Positions 45,013-55,773 are shown, counted from the stretch's first letter. The stretch: DNA of 64,000 bases from an uncultured Planctomycetota bacterium (GCA_963823665.1 CAWGMQ010000003.1:1280001-1344000); one strand, 5' to 3'. The notes: a model not told the origin generated them from the sequence alone. Made by a program: numbers and translations.

Positions 45013-46155
45013 TCACAATCTCCAAACTTTCACTTCACCTTCCAGGTCGCCCGAGGCCAGAATGCCGGTCTCATGCTGGACGTCAATGCACGTCACCTGG
45101 TCGGCGTGTGCATCCCAGTAGTCGAGCTCTTCGCCCGTCGCGGCGTCGAGTACCGTGATCAGGCCGATGCCTTCCGGGACGAAAAGCCAGCGTCGGCCAG
45201 GATGGAACGCGACGGGGCGTGTGGCGATAGGCCACGGCGCCGGCAGCACGGCGGCGACGAGGTCGTCGTCAAACTCGATCTTTCGGACGAACCTCGTGCG
45301 CAAGGACGGAAAATCGTGGACGCTTACCGCGATCGACCGCGGACCGGACGCGGGTATCTCGCCGGTGAGCGCGAACGCGTCACAGGCGGGGCTGAAGACC
45401 ATTGCGTTCACCTTGACCATCGTCGGGACAAACCAGCCCGGCTCCTGCTCCTGGTCGCTCACTTTGAGTCGCGGCCGATTCCACCCGGTGGCATTCCCTT
45501 CAAGCTCGAACCGCGCGAGTCCGTTCGCGAAGCGAATCGTCGCGCCATCTTTATCGTTACACACAAAGGCGAGCAGTTCCTTTCGTGGGTGATGGGCTAA
45601 GGGTGCAAAACCAAGCCAAAGCCAGCAGATGCTCGCACCTCGATCAAACTCAAAGAAGTGAGATTCTTCGTACGCGGTCGGGCCCGCGACCAGGACACGG
45701 CCTCTTCCTGTGAATTCGAGCTGGTCGAAGCCCCGATGTTCAGGAGGGTATTCGCGGGCGGAGGTGTTCGGTCCGTGGCTCTCAACTGATTGGGCCCGTT
45801 CCCACGGATCCCCGATGGTGCGGACTAACTCGCCGTCCGATACGCGGTAGATCTCGATCGACCTACCCTCTCCGGCCGTCGCCAGGTGCACGCCATCGGG
45901 ATGGAACGCAACATCCCTGTCGAAGCGGTCCTTGCGAAACTGGTGCGCGCTGCCAGAGATGCTGAATTTTCGCACAGGCTGACGCTGTCTCCGCGGCCCC
46001 AGCCGCGCCACGCGCTCGAGGCAACCGAAGTCCCAGCCCCATAACACAGCCTCATCAATCGTTGCGGAAAAAGCCACGAAGCGACGGCGCGACGGATGCA
46101 CCTTGATCAACCCGATTGGAGCCCCCTGATTGTGAGCATGTAGAAGTCGCATCAT
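45013..46155 (-). CDS. WD40-repeat protein
   Basis: VAFHPDGVHLATAG and AHADQVTCIDV..GILASGDLEGEVKVW. Confidence 0.8.
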   Translation of the reverse strand: MMRLLHAHNQGAPIGLIKVHPSRRRFVAFSATIDEAVLWGWDFGCLERVARLGPRRQRQPVRKFSISGSAHQFRKDRFDRDVAFHPDGVHLATAGEGRSIEIYRVSDGELVRTIGDPWERAQSVESHGPNTSAREYPPEHRGFDQLEFTGRGRVLVAGPTAYEESHFFEFDRGASICWLWLGFAPLAHHPRKELLAFVCNDKDGATIRFANGLARFELEGNATGWNRPRLKVSDQEQEPGWFVPTMVKVNAMVFSPACDAFALTGEIPASGPRSIAVSVHDFPSLRTRFVRKIEFDDDLVAAVLPAPWPIATRPVAFHPGRRWLFVPEGIGLITVLDAATGEELDYWDAHADQVTCIDVQHETGILASGDLEGEVKVWRL

Positions 46156-46163
46156 GACGACTC

Positions 46164-46184
46164 ACAACTGACAACTGACAACTG
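46164..46184. repeat. Heptamer tandem repeat (ACAACTG)x3
   Basis: Read directly from the sequence. Confidence 0.9.
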
Positions 46185-46287
46185 ACCAATCATCAACCTT
46201 CCCACTTTTCCGCTGTTCTGCTAGTGTGTGCCGCGCCCAGGGGATGGGTCAAATGTGAACGCAGCCGGCAAGGAAGCGGGTGACGCC

Positions 46288-47625
46288 ATGCAATTCTTCA
46301 TCTCTGCTGGTGAGCCAAGTGGTGATCTTCATGCCGCCAACCTGATTCGCTCGCTCCGCAAGTTATATCCCGACGCCCAGTTCACGGGCTTTGGCGGGGG
46401 CCAGATGAAAGAGGCCGGCGCGCGGTTGCTCTACCCGCTCGTCGACCTGGCCGTGATGTGGTTCCTGCACGTTTTCCTGAATCTCTTCACGTTCCTTCGG
46501 CTCGTCTTCGTGGCCGACCGCCATTTTCGCGACACCCGACCCGACGCGGTCGTGCTCGTCGATTACCCAGGACTGCACTGGTGGATCGCCCGCCGCGCCA
46601 AGGCGCGAGGCATTCCGGTCATCTATTTCGTCCCCCCCCAGATCTGGGCCTGGGCAGGCTGGCGCATCAAGAAGGTCAAGAAGTACGTCGACCTCGTCCT
46701 GTGCAGCCTTCCGTTCGAGCCCGAATGGTACCACTGCCCGCGGGTTCCACAACGCGATTTACGTCGGCCACCCGTACTTCGATGAGCTCAAGGACCGGCC
46801 GCTCGACGCAGATTTCCTCTCCGAGGAGCGCTCACGTTCCGGCGAGCTGGTATCGATCTTGCCCGGATCGCGGACACAGGAAGTCTTGCGGAACCTCCCC
46901 GAGATGATCCAGGCTGCGAACAAGATGGCGTTCCAGCGCCGGGCGTTCGCTTCGCCGTCGCCTGTTTGCACGAACGTCACAAGAAATTGGCCGAAGGGAT
47001 CCTCGCTGCTGTGATCGAGAAGGAGGGGCGCTCACCCGGGCTCGAGATCGACATCCACGCCGGCCGGACGCCCGAGCTGATCCGGCTGGCGCGCGTGGCC
47101 TGGGCCGTATCCGGGTCGGTCGGCCTCGAGCTGATGGTCGAAGCACTTCCCTCGGTCGTGGTGTACAAGATCCGGCGATTCGATCTCTGGGTGGCGAGGT
47201 TCTTCATCAAGGCCAGGTACATCAGCCTGGTGAATCTTCTGGCCGACACCGAGCTCTTCCCGGAGTACTTGACGTGGCGCGACGTGTCGGACGAGCTGGT
47301 TCGCTGGGCTTGTCGTGGCTCGACGATCCGACGGCGCGGCACGAAGCCCGAGAGGCACTTGCAACCTTGCGCCACCACGTGGCGCGGCCGGGCGCAGCCG
47401 ACCGCGCGGCGGAATCGCATCGTTTCATGGCTCGCGCAGAAGCCGGGAGCCGACCTCCGGCCACGCAGAAAAAACCAACGATCACCCCACTTCTACCGGC
47501 CTGAGCGACGACTCCGGCCCGACCCGACAGCAGACCCGGAGATGCGCGGCGCGCTAGGCGGCCCACCTGGCAGATACCGTCCAGGACGACGTGAATGTAT
47601 GTACTCCTTGCCTCGATCAGGATGA
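46288..47625 (+). CDS. lpxB: Lipid-A-disaccharide synthase (several frameshifts; 3' end uncertain)
   Basis: SAGEPSGDLHAA, VDYPG, PPQIWAW, LPFE, VGHP, LPGSR, SGSVGLEL, ISLVNLL. Confidence 0.9.
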
Positions 47626-47650
47626 ATCGTTAAGGTCTCGCTCACCGAAC

Positions 47651-47713
47651 AAAAAAAGGGGAACGCCGAAAGGCCCCTGAGCACGGACGTGAAGGGGCTC
47701 TTTCGGCTTTCCC
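47651..47713 (-). terminator. Long hairpin followed by T7 on the minus strand
   Basis: Stem segments GGGAA/TTCCC, GCCGAAAG/CTTTCGGC and GCCCCT/AGGGGC; A7 at 47651-47657; lies between convergent genes. Confidence 0.65.
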
Positions 47714-47737
47714 ATGCGCAGAATGGGACGCCGGTTT

Positions 47738-47794
47738 GCCGACACGAGTGTCGCCTTGTGTGGACCGGTCGGCCGACACGCGTGTCGGCCCTAC
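47738..47794. repeat. REP-like palindrome pair
   Basis: Perfect GGCCGACACGCGTGTCGGCC followed by CTAC (GTAG on the minus strand); degenerate copy GCCGACACGAGTGTCGCC at 47738. Confidence 0.65.
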
Positions 47795-47829
47795 GTGCGA
47801 GTTTCCCATGTGCAGGGAGCGACGCCGGG

Positions 47830-49254
47830 TCAGGGCGTTTCGGGGGATTCGTCGCCCTCGTCGGGCATGTTGAGTTCTTTGATCCGGCGATAGAGACGCG
47901 GGCGGGAGATGCCGAGCAGATCGGCCGCTCGCGACTTCTTGCCTCGGGCGTGCTCGAGCGCGCGTTCGATCGCCCGCTGCTCGACCTCCGTCAAGAGCTG
48001 GTCCAGAGGCTTGATCGGGCTTCGCGCGGGTGGTGGTACGAAGGCACCGCCCAGGTTACCGCGAATCGACGCCGGCAGATCGTCCGCGTCCACGCAAGTG
48101 TGCCCGCTCGGGCTGGCGGCGTGGGCCTGGTCGATCACACGCGCGAGCTCATGCAAGTTCCCAGGCCAGTCGTAGCCGGAGAGGACCGCGAGTGCTTCCG
48201 GTGAGAATCCATCCTTTTGCACGCCGCCACGCTGATTGGCACGCTCGAGCATGTGCTGCGCCAGAATCGGCAGCTCGTCGCGGCGCTCGCGCAGCGGCCG
48301 CAGGCGCACGACGAGCGCGGTCAGAGCGAAATAGAAATCCGGCCGGATCCGCTCGCTCGCGAGTGCGGCATCGGGGTCGAGTACAGTCGTTCCGATCAGT
48401 CGCACGGAGCGATCCGGAGAAGCAAGCAGCCGTGCTTGAACATCGCGCGGCAGCGTGAGAATCTCGCGGAACAAGACAGTCGAGCCAGGAGCGAGCACCG
48501 ATCTTTGTCTGCCGGGAGAGCGGGCCGGCGACTCTTCCGGTGCTGGCGAATCTGTCACGCCTTGCGCGGCAAAGAGCTCGTTCTCGAGCATTTCGGCAGG
48601 AAGGGCTTCGGCGTCGAACGGAATGAACGGCCCGTTCCGCCCCGGTCCGTTCTGGTGGATAACCCGCGCGACGTGCCGCTTTCCGGTGCCCGCCTCGCCC
48701 AGGATCAGCACGGGCACTGTGGAGTCGGCAGCCAGGCGAACCTGCTCGAGCAACCGCCGATGGGCCGGACCGGAGCCCAGCAAGCTATCGAACCCCGCCT
48801 GTTTGTGAAGCTGGCGGCGGGTCTCCAGCAGCTCGACGTGGAGCCTGCCGGCCTCCGTATCGGGAACACTGTGGCCATCCTCTTCGCCGCGAACCACACC
48901 GAGCAGTCCGATCAGAGCGTCGTTTGCGTCGACGAAGGGCCAGTACTCGACCCGGCGCCAGATCCGCTCTCCGCTCGAGTGAAAGATCAGGACGGGGGTT
49001 CCGGCCGGCTTGCCTTTCAATGAGTCGGGGGGCGGGCGGAAACTCGCCGCCAGGTCGGCCGGATCATCGGCACGGGTCGGAGCGTGGGCGTGGCACGCCG
49101 TTCCCACGACCGATTCGGAGGTGTGGCCGGTCAACGTCTCCCAGGCTTCATTCACCCAGGCGATCCGGAGCTCCGAGTCCAGCCAGAAGGTCGGCTCGCG
49201 CGCCTTCTGCCAGAGTTCCGAGGGCACGAACTGGCTCGGCCGTGAGTGAGACAT
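47830..49254 (-). CDS. PAS + degenerate sigma54-activator AAA+ + Fis HTH regulator
   Basis: PVLILGEAGTGKR, LRPLRERRDEL, YDWPGNLHEL, AADLLGISRPRLYRR; no GAFTGA. Confidence 0.88.
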   Translation of the reverse strand: MSHSRPSQFVPSELWQKAREPTFWLDSELRIAWVNEAWETLTGHTSESVVGTACHAHAPTRADDPADLAASFRPPPDSLKGKPAGTPVLIFHSSGERIWRRVEYWPFVDANDALIGLLGVVRGEEDGHSVPDTEAGRLHVELLETRRQLHKQAGFDSLLGSGPAHRRLLEQVRLAADSTVPVLILGEAGTGKRHVARVIHQNGPGRNGPFIPFDAEALPAEMLENELFAAQGVTDSPAPEESPARSPGRQRSVLAPGSTVLFREILTLPRDVQARLLASPDRSVRLIGTTVLDPDAALASERIRPDFYFALTALVVRLRPLRERRDELPILAQHMLERANQRGGVQKDGFSPEALAVLSGYDWPGNLHELARVIDQAHAASPSGHTCVDADDLPASIRGNLGGAFVPPPARSPIKPLDQLLTEVEQRAIERALEHARGKKSRAADLLGISRPRLYRRIKELNMPDEGDESPETP

Positions 49255-49278
49255 GAGACCGTGTAGACCGAACGGTTG

Positions 49279-50085
49279 CTATCGCTTGCTGAATCGGCTC
49301 CAGGACCAAACCACCTGGCCGATGATGAGCTGCGGGTCGGCGCTACTGAAGTCGACCGGGATCAACGGGAAATCGCGGCCGCTGGTTTGATTCGGGCGCA
49401 GGATCACGTGTTTGCCGCTCAAGTCGAGCCAGCGAATCATCGGGACGCCCTCGGGGCGCGCGGCGACAATCTGGCCGTGGAGCTTGCGAGGATCGATGAC
49501 GGAGCGGTCGATGGCCACGATCGAGCCGGCGGGCAGGATCGGATGCATGGCATCGTCGGTCAATTGCGTGGCGATCGTCTCATTGGGATTGGGAAGCCAC
49601 TGCCGGTACGCCAGCACGTAACCTTCGAGCCGCGAGGGGTCAATCGGCTCGGTGCCAATCTCGGCGAGCGGGCAGAGCCGCACACCAACGAATTCGGAAG
49701 CGCTTTCGCCAGGCAGATTCTCGGCCGCCACCACCACGGAACTGCTGGGCGATCGTTCAAGCTCTTCCAGCCCGCGCCGGATCAATTCGACCGGGCTCAA
49801 CTGGGAAAGCATGCGCTCGTCGGTGGTGCGCCGGTACCGCTGACCTTCGCCGGTCAGCAGCCAGATGGGGTTGGCCCCCGTCTGCTCGATGAAGCCGAGA
49901 AGAACCTCGGCGGGCACGGTCACCCCGGTCTCGTAGTTGTACCAGGTTCTGGCGGGAAGGCCGAGACGACGCGCCAGCTCGGGCCCGCCGTGGTCGCCAA
50001 AGATCTCCTGCCGAATTTCTCTCAGCCGCCGCGATAACGACGCCTTGACGTTGACGCGGACTTTCGAAGTCTTCTTTCGTGCCAC
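49279..50085 (-). CDS. XRE HTH + S24/LexA-like C-terminal domain regulator
   Basis: [36 protein letters not shown]...GQIVAAR...LRPN...IIGQVVWSW. Confidence 0.85.
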   Translation of the reverse strand: MARKKTSKVRVNVKASLSRRLREIRQEIFGDHGGPELARRLGLPARTWYNYETGVTVPAEVLLGFIEQTGANPIWLLTGEGQRYRRTTDERMLSQLSPVELIRRGLEELERSPSSSVVVAAENLPGESASEFVGVRLCPLAEIGTEPIDPSRLEGYVLAYRQWLPNPNETIATQLTDDAMHPILPAGSIVAIDRSVIDPRKLHGQIVAARPEGVPMIRWLDLSGKHVILRPNQTSGRDFPLIPVDFSSADPQLIIGQVVWSWSRFSKR

Positions 50086-50606
50086 GGTGCATGATCCCGC
50101 TCGCGGGAACTCCCTGGATTCCTGACGACCACGACCGACTTCGTCGCCTCGACGCGAATTGCGACCTACGGGTGGAACTGCGGGCTGCCGATCTGATTCA
50201 CCGTCACGCTCCACCAGCCATTCTGAGCAGAATCAGACCCGCACCAACCCTCTTAAGAAAACACGCTACCAAAAAAATCTCCGAGCGTCATCCGTGCTGC
50301 CACCGCGATTGCGAAAATCCCACATTGTCGCAAATGGACAACATCGCTCATCGTCGGCGCGGGAGACGGGCTGGGCCCGCCTCGAGCGAGGTCGCAATGG
50401 AGTCCGCCGGAAATGGCAGCAGCCTCGTTCGCGACCAAACCCACAAGCGTTCGAGTCGCCGAGGTTTGCTTTAAGAAGGCGACGGCGCGATCTAACTCGA
50501 GGCGGTAGCCGATTGCTTTCACGAGATCGCTCGCGACAATCTGTTGCACAGCGCAGGCGGCAGGCACAGCCGGTTCGAGCGACTTGAGCAACCAGGGGAT
50601 CGATCC

Positions 50607-52523
50607 ATGTTCTCGAGAAACCGAGGCGTCATGACCGTGGCCGTGGTCATTCTTGGCGGGCTAGTCGGCCAGGAGCGGTTGCCGGTTGCGCGCGCCCAGG
50701 GGCCGAAGACGAGCTCGCGCGCGGCAGAATTCGACGCAGTGTTGCAGAAGAACGTGATGATCCCGATGCGGGATGGTGTTTCGCTCGCAGCCGACCTTTA
50801 TCGCCCTGGCCGCGACGGCAAGCCGGCGCCCGGGCGCTTCCCTGCGCTCCTGACGCGCACTCCGTACAACAAAGACGGTGCCGGCGGTGAAAGCCGCTAC
50901 TACGCGGAGCGCGGGTACGTGGTGGTCGCCAATGACGTGCGCGGCCGGTATGCCAGCGAAGGAACGTGGCGATTGATCGTGGATGACCCCGCTGATGGGT
51001 TCGACGTGGTGGAATGGATCGCGCGCCAGGAGTGGTCCGACGGCAAGGTCGGCACCTTCGGCACCAGTTACCCGGGAGGCACCCAGCACGCGCTCGCCGA
51101 GCTGAACCCGCCGCACCTGAGGGCGATGGTGCCGATCGATTCGGTATCGAACTGCGGCGTCAGCGGAATGCGCCATGGCGGGGCATTCGAGCTGCGATTC
51201 ATGAACTGGATCTTCCAGATCGGCGCACCAAACTCGAAGCTTGCGCTGGCCAATCCGGCCCTCCAGCAGGCGCTGGCCGAGAGCGGCCGGCGAATCCGCG
51301 ACCACGCCGACAGCCTGCCCGTCCGGCCGGGCAACACGCCTCTGCGAGTCGTGCCCGAATACGAATCGTGGCTGATCGAAGCGATGCGCAGCGGCCCCGA
51401 ATCCTCCTTCTGGCACAAGAAAGGAATGTCGGTGGTCGACCACGTCGCCGATTATGCCGATGTTCCCGTGCTCCACATCACCGGCTGGTACGATTCGTGG
51501 ACGCGCCAGGTGACGATGAACTACGAGGCCCTTTCCCGGACCAAGAAGTCTCCGCAGAAACTGGTGATCGGTCCGTGGACCCACGGCGGGCAAAACTCGA
51601 ACACCGCCGGGGAACTGGAATTCACGCGCGAGGCCGGCATCAACCTGCTGGCGCTGCGGCTGCGGTGGTACGATCGCTGGCTCAAAGACGACAAGAACGG
51701 CGCCCAAGACGATCCCGCCGTGCTGCTGTACGTCATGGGCACCGGCGACGACCGCCGCTCGCCCGGCGGCCGGCTCCGGCACGGCGGTTTCTGGCGCGGC
51801 GAGCGAGAGTGGCCCCTCGTACGAGCCCGCGCGACCACGCTTTACATGTCGGCCAGTGGCACTCTGGCCAGGAGCGCGCCCGAGTCGCAATCGGCTCACA
51901 CCACGTACACCTTTGACCCGCACCATCCCGTGCCGACTGTGGGAGGTAACATCTCCTCAAATCAGGGACTCATGACCAGCGGCGGTTATGACCAGCGGCC
52001 ACGCGAGGAAACCCATGCAACGGCGAACCGTCTGCCGCTCTCCGAACGCCAGGACGTCGTGGTTTTTCGCACCGAGCCGCTCGAAACCGACCTGGAAGTC
52101 ACGGGCACGACCCTGGTCAAGCTCTGGGTCTCCTCGACCGCGCCCGACACTGACTTCACGGCGAAGCTGATCGACGAGATCCCCCCGAACCCGGACTATC
52201 CACTGGGCTTCGACCTGAATCTGGGCGATTCCATTCTGCGAACCCGCTACCGCGAAGGCCTCGACCATCAGGCACCGCCGCTCGAGCCCGGCGAGATCGC
52301 CGAGATCACGATCACCCTTTACCCAAACTCCAACGTATTCAAGAAAGGCCACCGCATTCGCGTCGATGTATCAAGCAGTAATTATCCCCGCTTCGACGTG
52401 AACCCCAACACGGGCGAGCCGCTGGGCGAATATCGCCGCATGGTCCCCGCCGACAACACGATCCACCACGATCACGACCATCCGTCACAGGTGATTCTGC
52501 CGGTGATTCCGGGCGGGGCCTGA
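50607..52523 (+). CDS. CocE/NonD-family hydrolase
   Basis: IPMRDGVSLAADLYRP, RTPY, DVRGRYASEG, GTSYPG, GPWTHG, SSSNYPRFDVNPNTG. Confidence 0.93.
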   Translation: MFSRNRGVMTVAVVILGGLVGQERLPVARAQGPKTSSRAAEFDAVLQKNVMIPMRDGVSLAADLYRPGRDGKPAPGRFPALLTRTPYNKDGAGGESRYYAERGYVVVANDVRGRYASEGTWRLIVDDPADGFDVVEWIARQEWSDGKVGTFGTSYPGGTQHALAELNPPHLRAMVPIDSVSNCGVSGMRHGGAFELRFMNWIFQIGAPNSKLALANPALQQALAESGRRIRDHADSLPVRPGNTPLRVVPEYESWLIEAMRSGPESSFWHKKGMSVVDHVADYADVPVLHITGWYDSWTRQVTMNYEALSRTKKSPQKLVIGPWTHGGQNSNTAGELEFTREAGINLLALRLRWYDRWLKDDKNGAQDDPAVLLYVMGTGDDRRSPGGRLRHGGFWRGEREWPLVRARATTLYMSASGTLARSAPESQSAHTTYTFDPHHPVPTVGGNISSNQGLMTSGGYDQRPREETHATANRLPLSERQDVVVFRTEPLETDLEVTGTTLVKLWVSSTAPDTDFTAKLIDEIPPNPDYPLGFDLNLGDSILRTRYREGLDHQAPPLEPGEIAEITITLYPNSNVFKKGHRIRVDVSSSNYPRFDVNPNTGEPLGEYRRMVPADNTIHHDHDHPSQVILPVIPGGA

Positions 52524-52560
52524 GCAGGCTGCGGGTTCGTGGGGTTGCGAGTCTCCGACC

Positions 52561-52620
52561 GTAGGGTGGGTGAAGCCCACCAACACATTCTGAAAGGCTG
52601 GTGGGTTTCGCCCACCCTAC
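52561..52620. repeat. Inverted pair of GTAG-type REP elements (REPIN-like)
   Basis: GTAGGGTGGGTGAAGCCCACC ... GGTGGGTTTCGCCCACCCTAC between convergent genes. Confidence 0.8.
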
Positions 52621-52633
52621 ACGGACGCCACGT

Positions 52634-53419
52634 TCACCGCTCACAACCCAGGAATCGTCCTCCGTCGACACGGAAACATGAGCCTGTGACGAAGTTGGTG
52701 CCGTCCAGCAGGTAGAGAATCAGCCGGTTGACGTCCAGGGAGGATCCGAATCGGCGCAGGGGCGTCTGGTCGAGCACGTCGTTGATCTCGGACGCCGTCA
52801 AGTCGGGCGGAGGGTCGATCATGGCGGGCTGGATCAAGGCGACAGGAATATCCGGGGCGAGCTCTGTTGCCAGTGCCAGAGTGAGGGTGGTGAGGCCGCC
52901 CTTGGCGACCAGATAAGGGAGATAATCCTTGTAAGGTCGCTCGCTCGCCCAGTCGCCCAGCATCACGATCTTGCCCTTGATTCCGTCGTCGGGTGCCTGG
53001 GTGAGCATGATCTTGGCCGATGCGTGCGCTGCGTGGAACGGGGCGAGAAGATTGGCCGCGATCATCTCCTCGATTTCCGCAGCCGTGAGAGTGGCCAGCG
53101 GCGTGCGCCTGAAGACGCTCGCCATGTTCACGAGTGCGTCGAGGCGACCGAATCGGTTGATTACCTGCTCGACCACGCTCTGCGCCTGGACCGGCTTCGT
53201 CAGGTCAGCGGCGATGGCCAGTCCCCGGCCGCCTGATGCTTCGACCTGCGCGATCGTTTGCTCGATCGCCGCGCGGCTGGTGTGAAACGTCATCGCGACG
53301 TGCGCGCCGCGCGCCGCCAGGATCCGCGCCAGGTCGCCGCCGACGCGCCGGCCTCCGGTGATCAAGACCGTACGTCCGGCGAGCTTGCCATCGGTCGCAC
53401 CTGCGTCCAGGAGGGCCAT
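52634..53419 (-). CDS. SDR oxidoreductase, pteridine-reductase-like
   Basis: VLITGGRRVG, LVNMAS, YLVAK (YxxxK), VDGG. Confidence 0.88.
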   Translation of the reverse strand: MALLDAGATDGKLAGRTVLITGGRRVGGDLARILAARGAHVAMTFHTSRAAIEQTIAQVEASGGRGLAIAADLTKPVQAQSVVEQVINRFGRLDALVNMASVFRRTPLATLTAAEIEEMIAANLLAPFHAAHASAKIMLTQAPDDGIKGKIVMLGDWASERPYKDYLPYLVAKGGLTTLTLALATELAPDIPVALIQPAMIDPPPDLTASEINDVLDQTPLRRFGSSLDVNRLILYLLDGTNFVTGSCFRVDGGRFLGCER

Positions 53420-53420
53420 T

Positions 53421-53968
53421 TCAGATACCTTTCCAGATGACGTCCGGCACGCCGGCCTTCTGGTTGACCGCGCGAGCGAGCACGAACAGCAGATCACTCA
53501 GCCGGTTGAGATAAACAAGACGGACACGGCCACGGCTTCGTGTTTTTCTTGTGCAAGCTCGACGACCAGCCGTTCGGCGCGGCGGCAGACCGTGCGTGCC
53601 AGATGGAGAAAGGCGGCGGTTGGCACGCCGCCGGGCAGAATGAACTCCCGCAAGGGCTCGAGCCCGGCCTCGAGCCCGTCGATCGCGCGTTCGAGATGCT
53701 CGACGTGCGTGCCCGTGATCGTGTTGTGGAACTTTCCGTCCGGAAGGGGATCGGCGAGTGCGGAACCGACCAGGAACAGCTCTTCTTGAAGCCGGGCGGC
53801 CAGTTGATCGGTGACCGCATCGAGGCCGAGGCAGCGCACGACGCCCAGCGTGGCATTCAGCTCATCGACGGTGCCGTATGCCGCGATCCGGAGGTCGTGC
53901 TTGGGCACGCGGCCCGGGCCCAGCAGGCCGGTCGTGCCGTCGTCGCCGGTCTTCGTATAAATCTTCAC
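53421..53968 (-). CDS. PduO-type ATP:cob(I)alamin adenosyltransferase (frameshift near 53510)
   Basis: KIYTKTGDDGTT, AYGTVDELNA, FILPGG, ARTVCRRAER, then YLNRLSDLLFVLAR in the next frame. Confidence 0.92.
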
Positions 53969-54126
53969 TGCTCTAACTCGCTCGGATATCGGGACCATTG
54001 GCGAATCGCTCGACTCGCCTTATACTAGGCATCGCCACATTCGCTGACTACTGAGATCGACCCGCGGGGGAGATCTCTGGAGGCTAGCACCCACGATCGG
54101 CTCGGTCGAGCCGCGGAGCAATATCA

Positions 54127-55222
54127 ATGGCATTTTCGTCTGCGCTGCTCTTGGCGGCAGCCTTGTTCGCTCAGCACCCGACGACCGGGCAAGCGCACGG
54201 CCCCTGCCCTTTCGGCCGAGGAGGTCGCGCGACTCGAGGCTGCTCATCTCACAAACATTCGCCAGGTCAGCTTCGGCCTGGCCCGCTCGGGCGAGGGGTA
54301 CTTCAGTCCGGACGGCCGATCGATCATCTTTCAGGCAGTTCCCTATGTGCCGCCTTCAATCTTCCACCATCCGCTCCCCGATGAAGATGGGTACCAGATT
54401 TTCCTGGGCCAGCTCGAAGAGGATGGTCCGCTCAAGATGGTCAGCACCGGCAAAGGGCGCTGCACGTGCCCGTTCTTTCATCCCAGTGGGAACTCCATTC
54501 TGTTCGCATCAACACACCTCTCGCCGAGCACCGCGGCCGAGCCTCCGAAGGGACCAGCCTACAGCCGCTCGGCGCGCTATCGCTGGGAGTTTCCCGAGAC
54601 GATGGACATCTTCACGGCCGATCTGGACGGCAAGAACCTGAGACGCTTGACGGATGCGCCTGGATATGATGCCGAAGCGAGTTATTCGCCGGACGGGTCG
54701 AAGATCATTTTCACGTCATTCCGCGATGGCGACGGTGAGATCTATATCATGGACGCTTCCGGCAAGAACGCGCGGCGGATCACGCACCAGAAGGGCTACG
54801 ATGGCGGCCCGTTCTTCTCTCCCGACGGCCGGCGAATCATCTACCGCAGCGACCGAAAGGTCAACGACTTTCTTCAGGTCTACGTGAACAACACCGAGGG
54901 CACGGGCGAGCGGGCATTGACCCAGAACGATTTCGTGAACTGGGGCCCGTACTGGCACCCGGATGGAACCCACATCATCTACGCGACCAGCAAGCACGGG
55001 CATTCGAATTACGAGCTTTATCTAATGAACGTCGATTCCGGAGCCGAGGAACGCATCACGTACCAGGAAGGCTTCGACGGGCTGCCCGTGTTCAGCCCCG
55101 ACGGCAAGCGCCTGATGTGGACCTCGAGCGGCCGCACCGCCGACCACAAGAGCCAGCTCTTCATCGCGGACTTCACGCTGGAGCGTGCCAAAAATCAAGG
55201 TGCGGCGCCGGCACCGCGTTGA
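54127..55222 (+). CDS. TolB-like PD40 beta-propeller protein (5' frameshift)
   Basis: GEGYFSPDG, GYDAEASYSPDG, GYDGGPFFSPDG, FDGLPVFSPDG. Confidence 0.85.
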
Positions 55223-55284
55223 TCGTTTTTACTTCGCAATTCACGTTCGATGATTGACCCTACTCAAAGGAGAAGGATACAGCC

Positions 55285-55773
55285 ATGGGCCCGAAGGACG
55301 TCATCTTGAAGACGATGGATATGAGCGACTTCGTCGTCAACAAATACCTGGAAGATCTGTCTGATGCCGATCTCAAGCTGGTACCGGTCGAGGGCATGCA
55401 TCCGATTGCGCTCCAGCTCGGGCATCTGATCAGTTCCGAGCGGCGGATCATGGAGATGGTCACACCCGGGGCTTCGCCGCCGCTTCCGGCTGGCTTCGCG
55501 GAACATCACGACATAAAGAACCCTCCCGCCGACGACAGCCACTACGCGACGAAGGACGAGTATCTGAAGCTTTGGGCCGCGCAGCGAGCCGCCACCAAGA
55601 AAGCGCTCGAGAGCGTGAGCGACACCGACCTTGAGGACACGCGAGAAGGAAAACTGCCGCCCTTTCTGCCGACTGTGGCCGCGGCCTTCAGCATGACCGG
55701 CATTCATCCGATGAACCATTCCGGCCAGTTCGTCGCCGTGCGGCGAATGCTCAAGAAGCCGATTGCGTTCTGA
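55285..55773 (+). CDS. DinB-family protein, copy 1
   Basis: LQLGHLISSE and HPMNHSGQ histidine motifs. Confidence 0.85.
   Translation: MGPKDVILKTMDMSDFVVNKYLEDLSDADLKLVPVEGMHPIALQLGHLISSERRIMEMVTPGASPPLPAGFAEHHDIKNPPADDSHYATKDEYLKLWAAQRAATKKALESVSDTDLEDTREGKLPPFLPTVAAAFSMTGIHPMNHSGQFVAVRRMLKKPIAF

Noticed and set aside
47651..47713. Long hairpin as a riboswitch or ncRNA
   Set aside because: It lies between convergent 3' ends with a T-run on the minus strand; a terminator explains it.
49279..50085. XRE-S24 gene as a prophage repressor
   Set aside because: No integrase, cro-like divergent gene or phage structural genes are nearby.
50661..51926. Long antisense ORFs (421 aa here; also 21856..23100, 33843..35030, 62748..63950)
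   Set aside because: They lie opposite well-supported genes, have no recognisable motifs, and are expected in high-GC DNA.
53969..54126. Cobalamin riboswitch upstream of the adenosyltransferase
   Set aside because: The intergenic region is short and I could not find the conserved B12-box motifs.
13490..55222. Frameshifts in DUF1592, both ECFs, DUF1501, DUF1549, sulfatase, RND permease, OMF, lpxB, PduO and TolB-like genes as pseudogenisation or programmed frameshifting
   Set aside because: They are scattered across unrelated genes, including normally essential lpxB. Motifs are intact on both sides and I saw no shared slippery site. Uncorrected assembly indels are the simplest explanation, though reads are needed to confirm.
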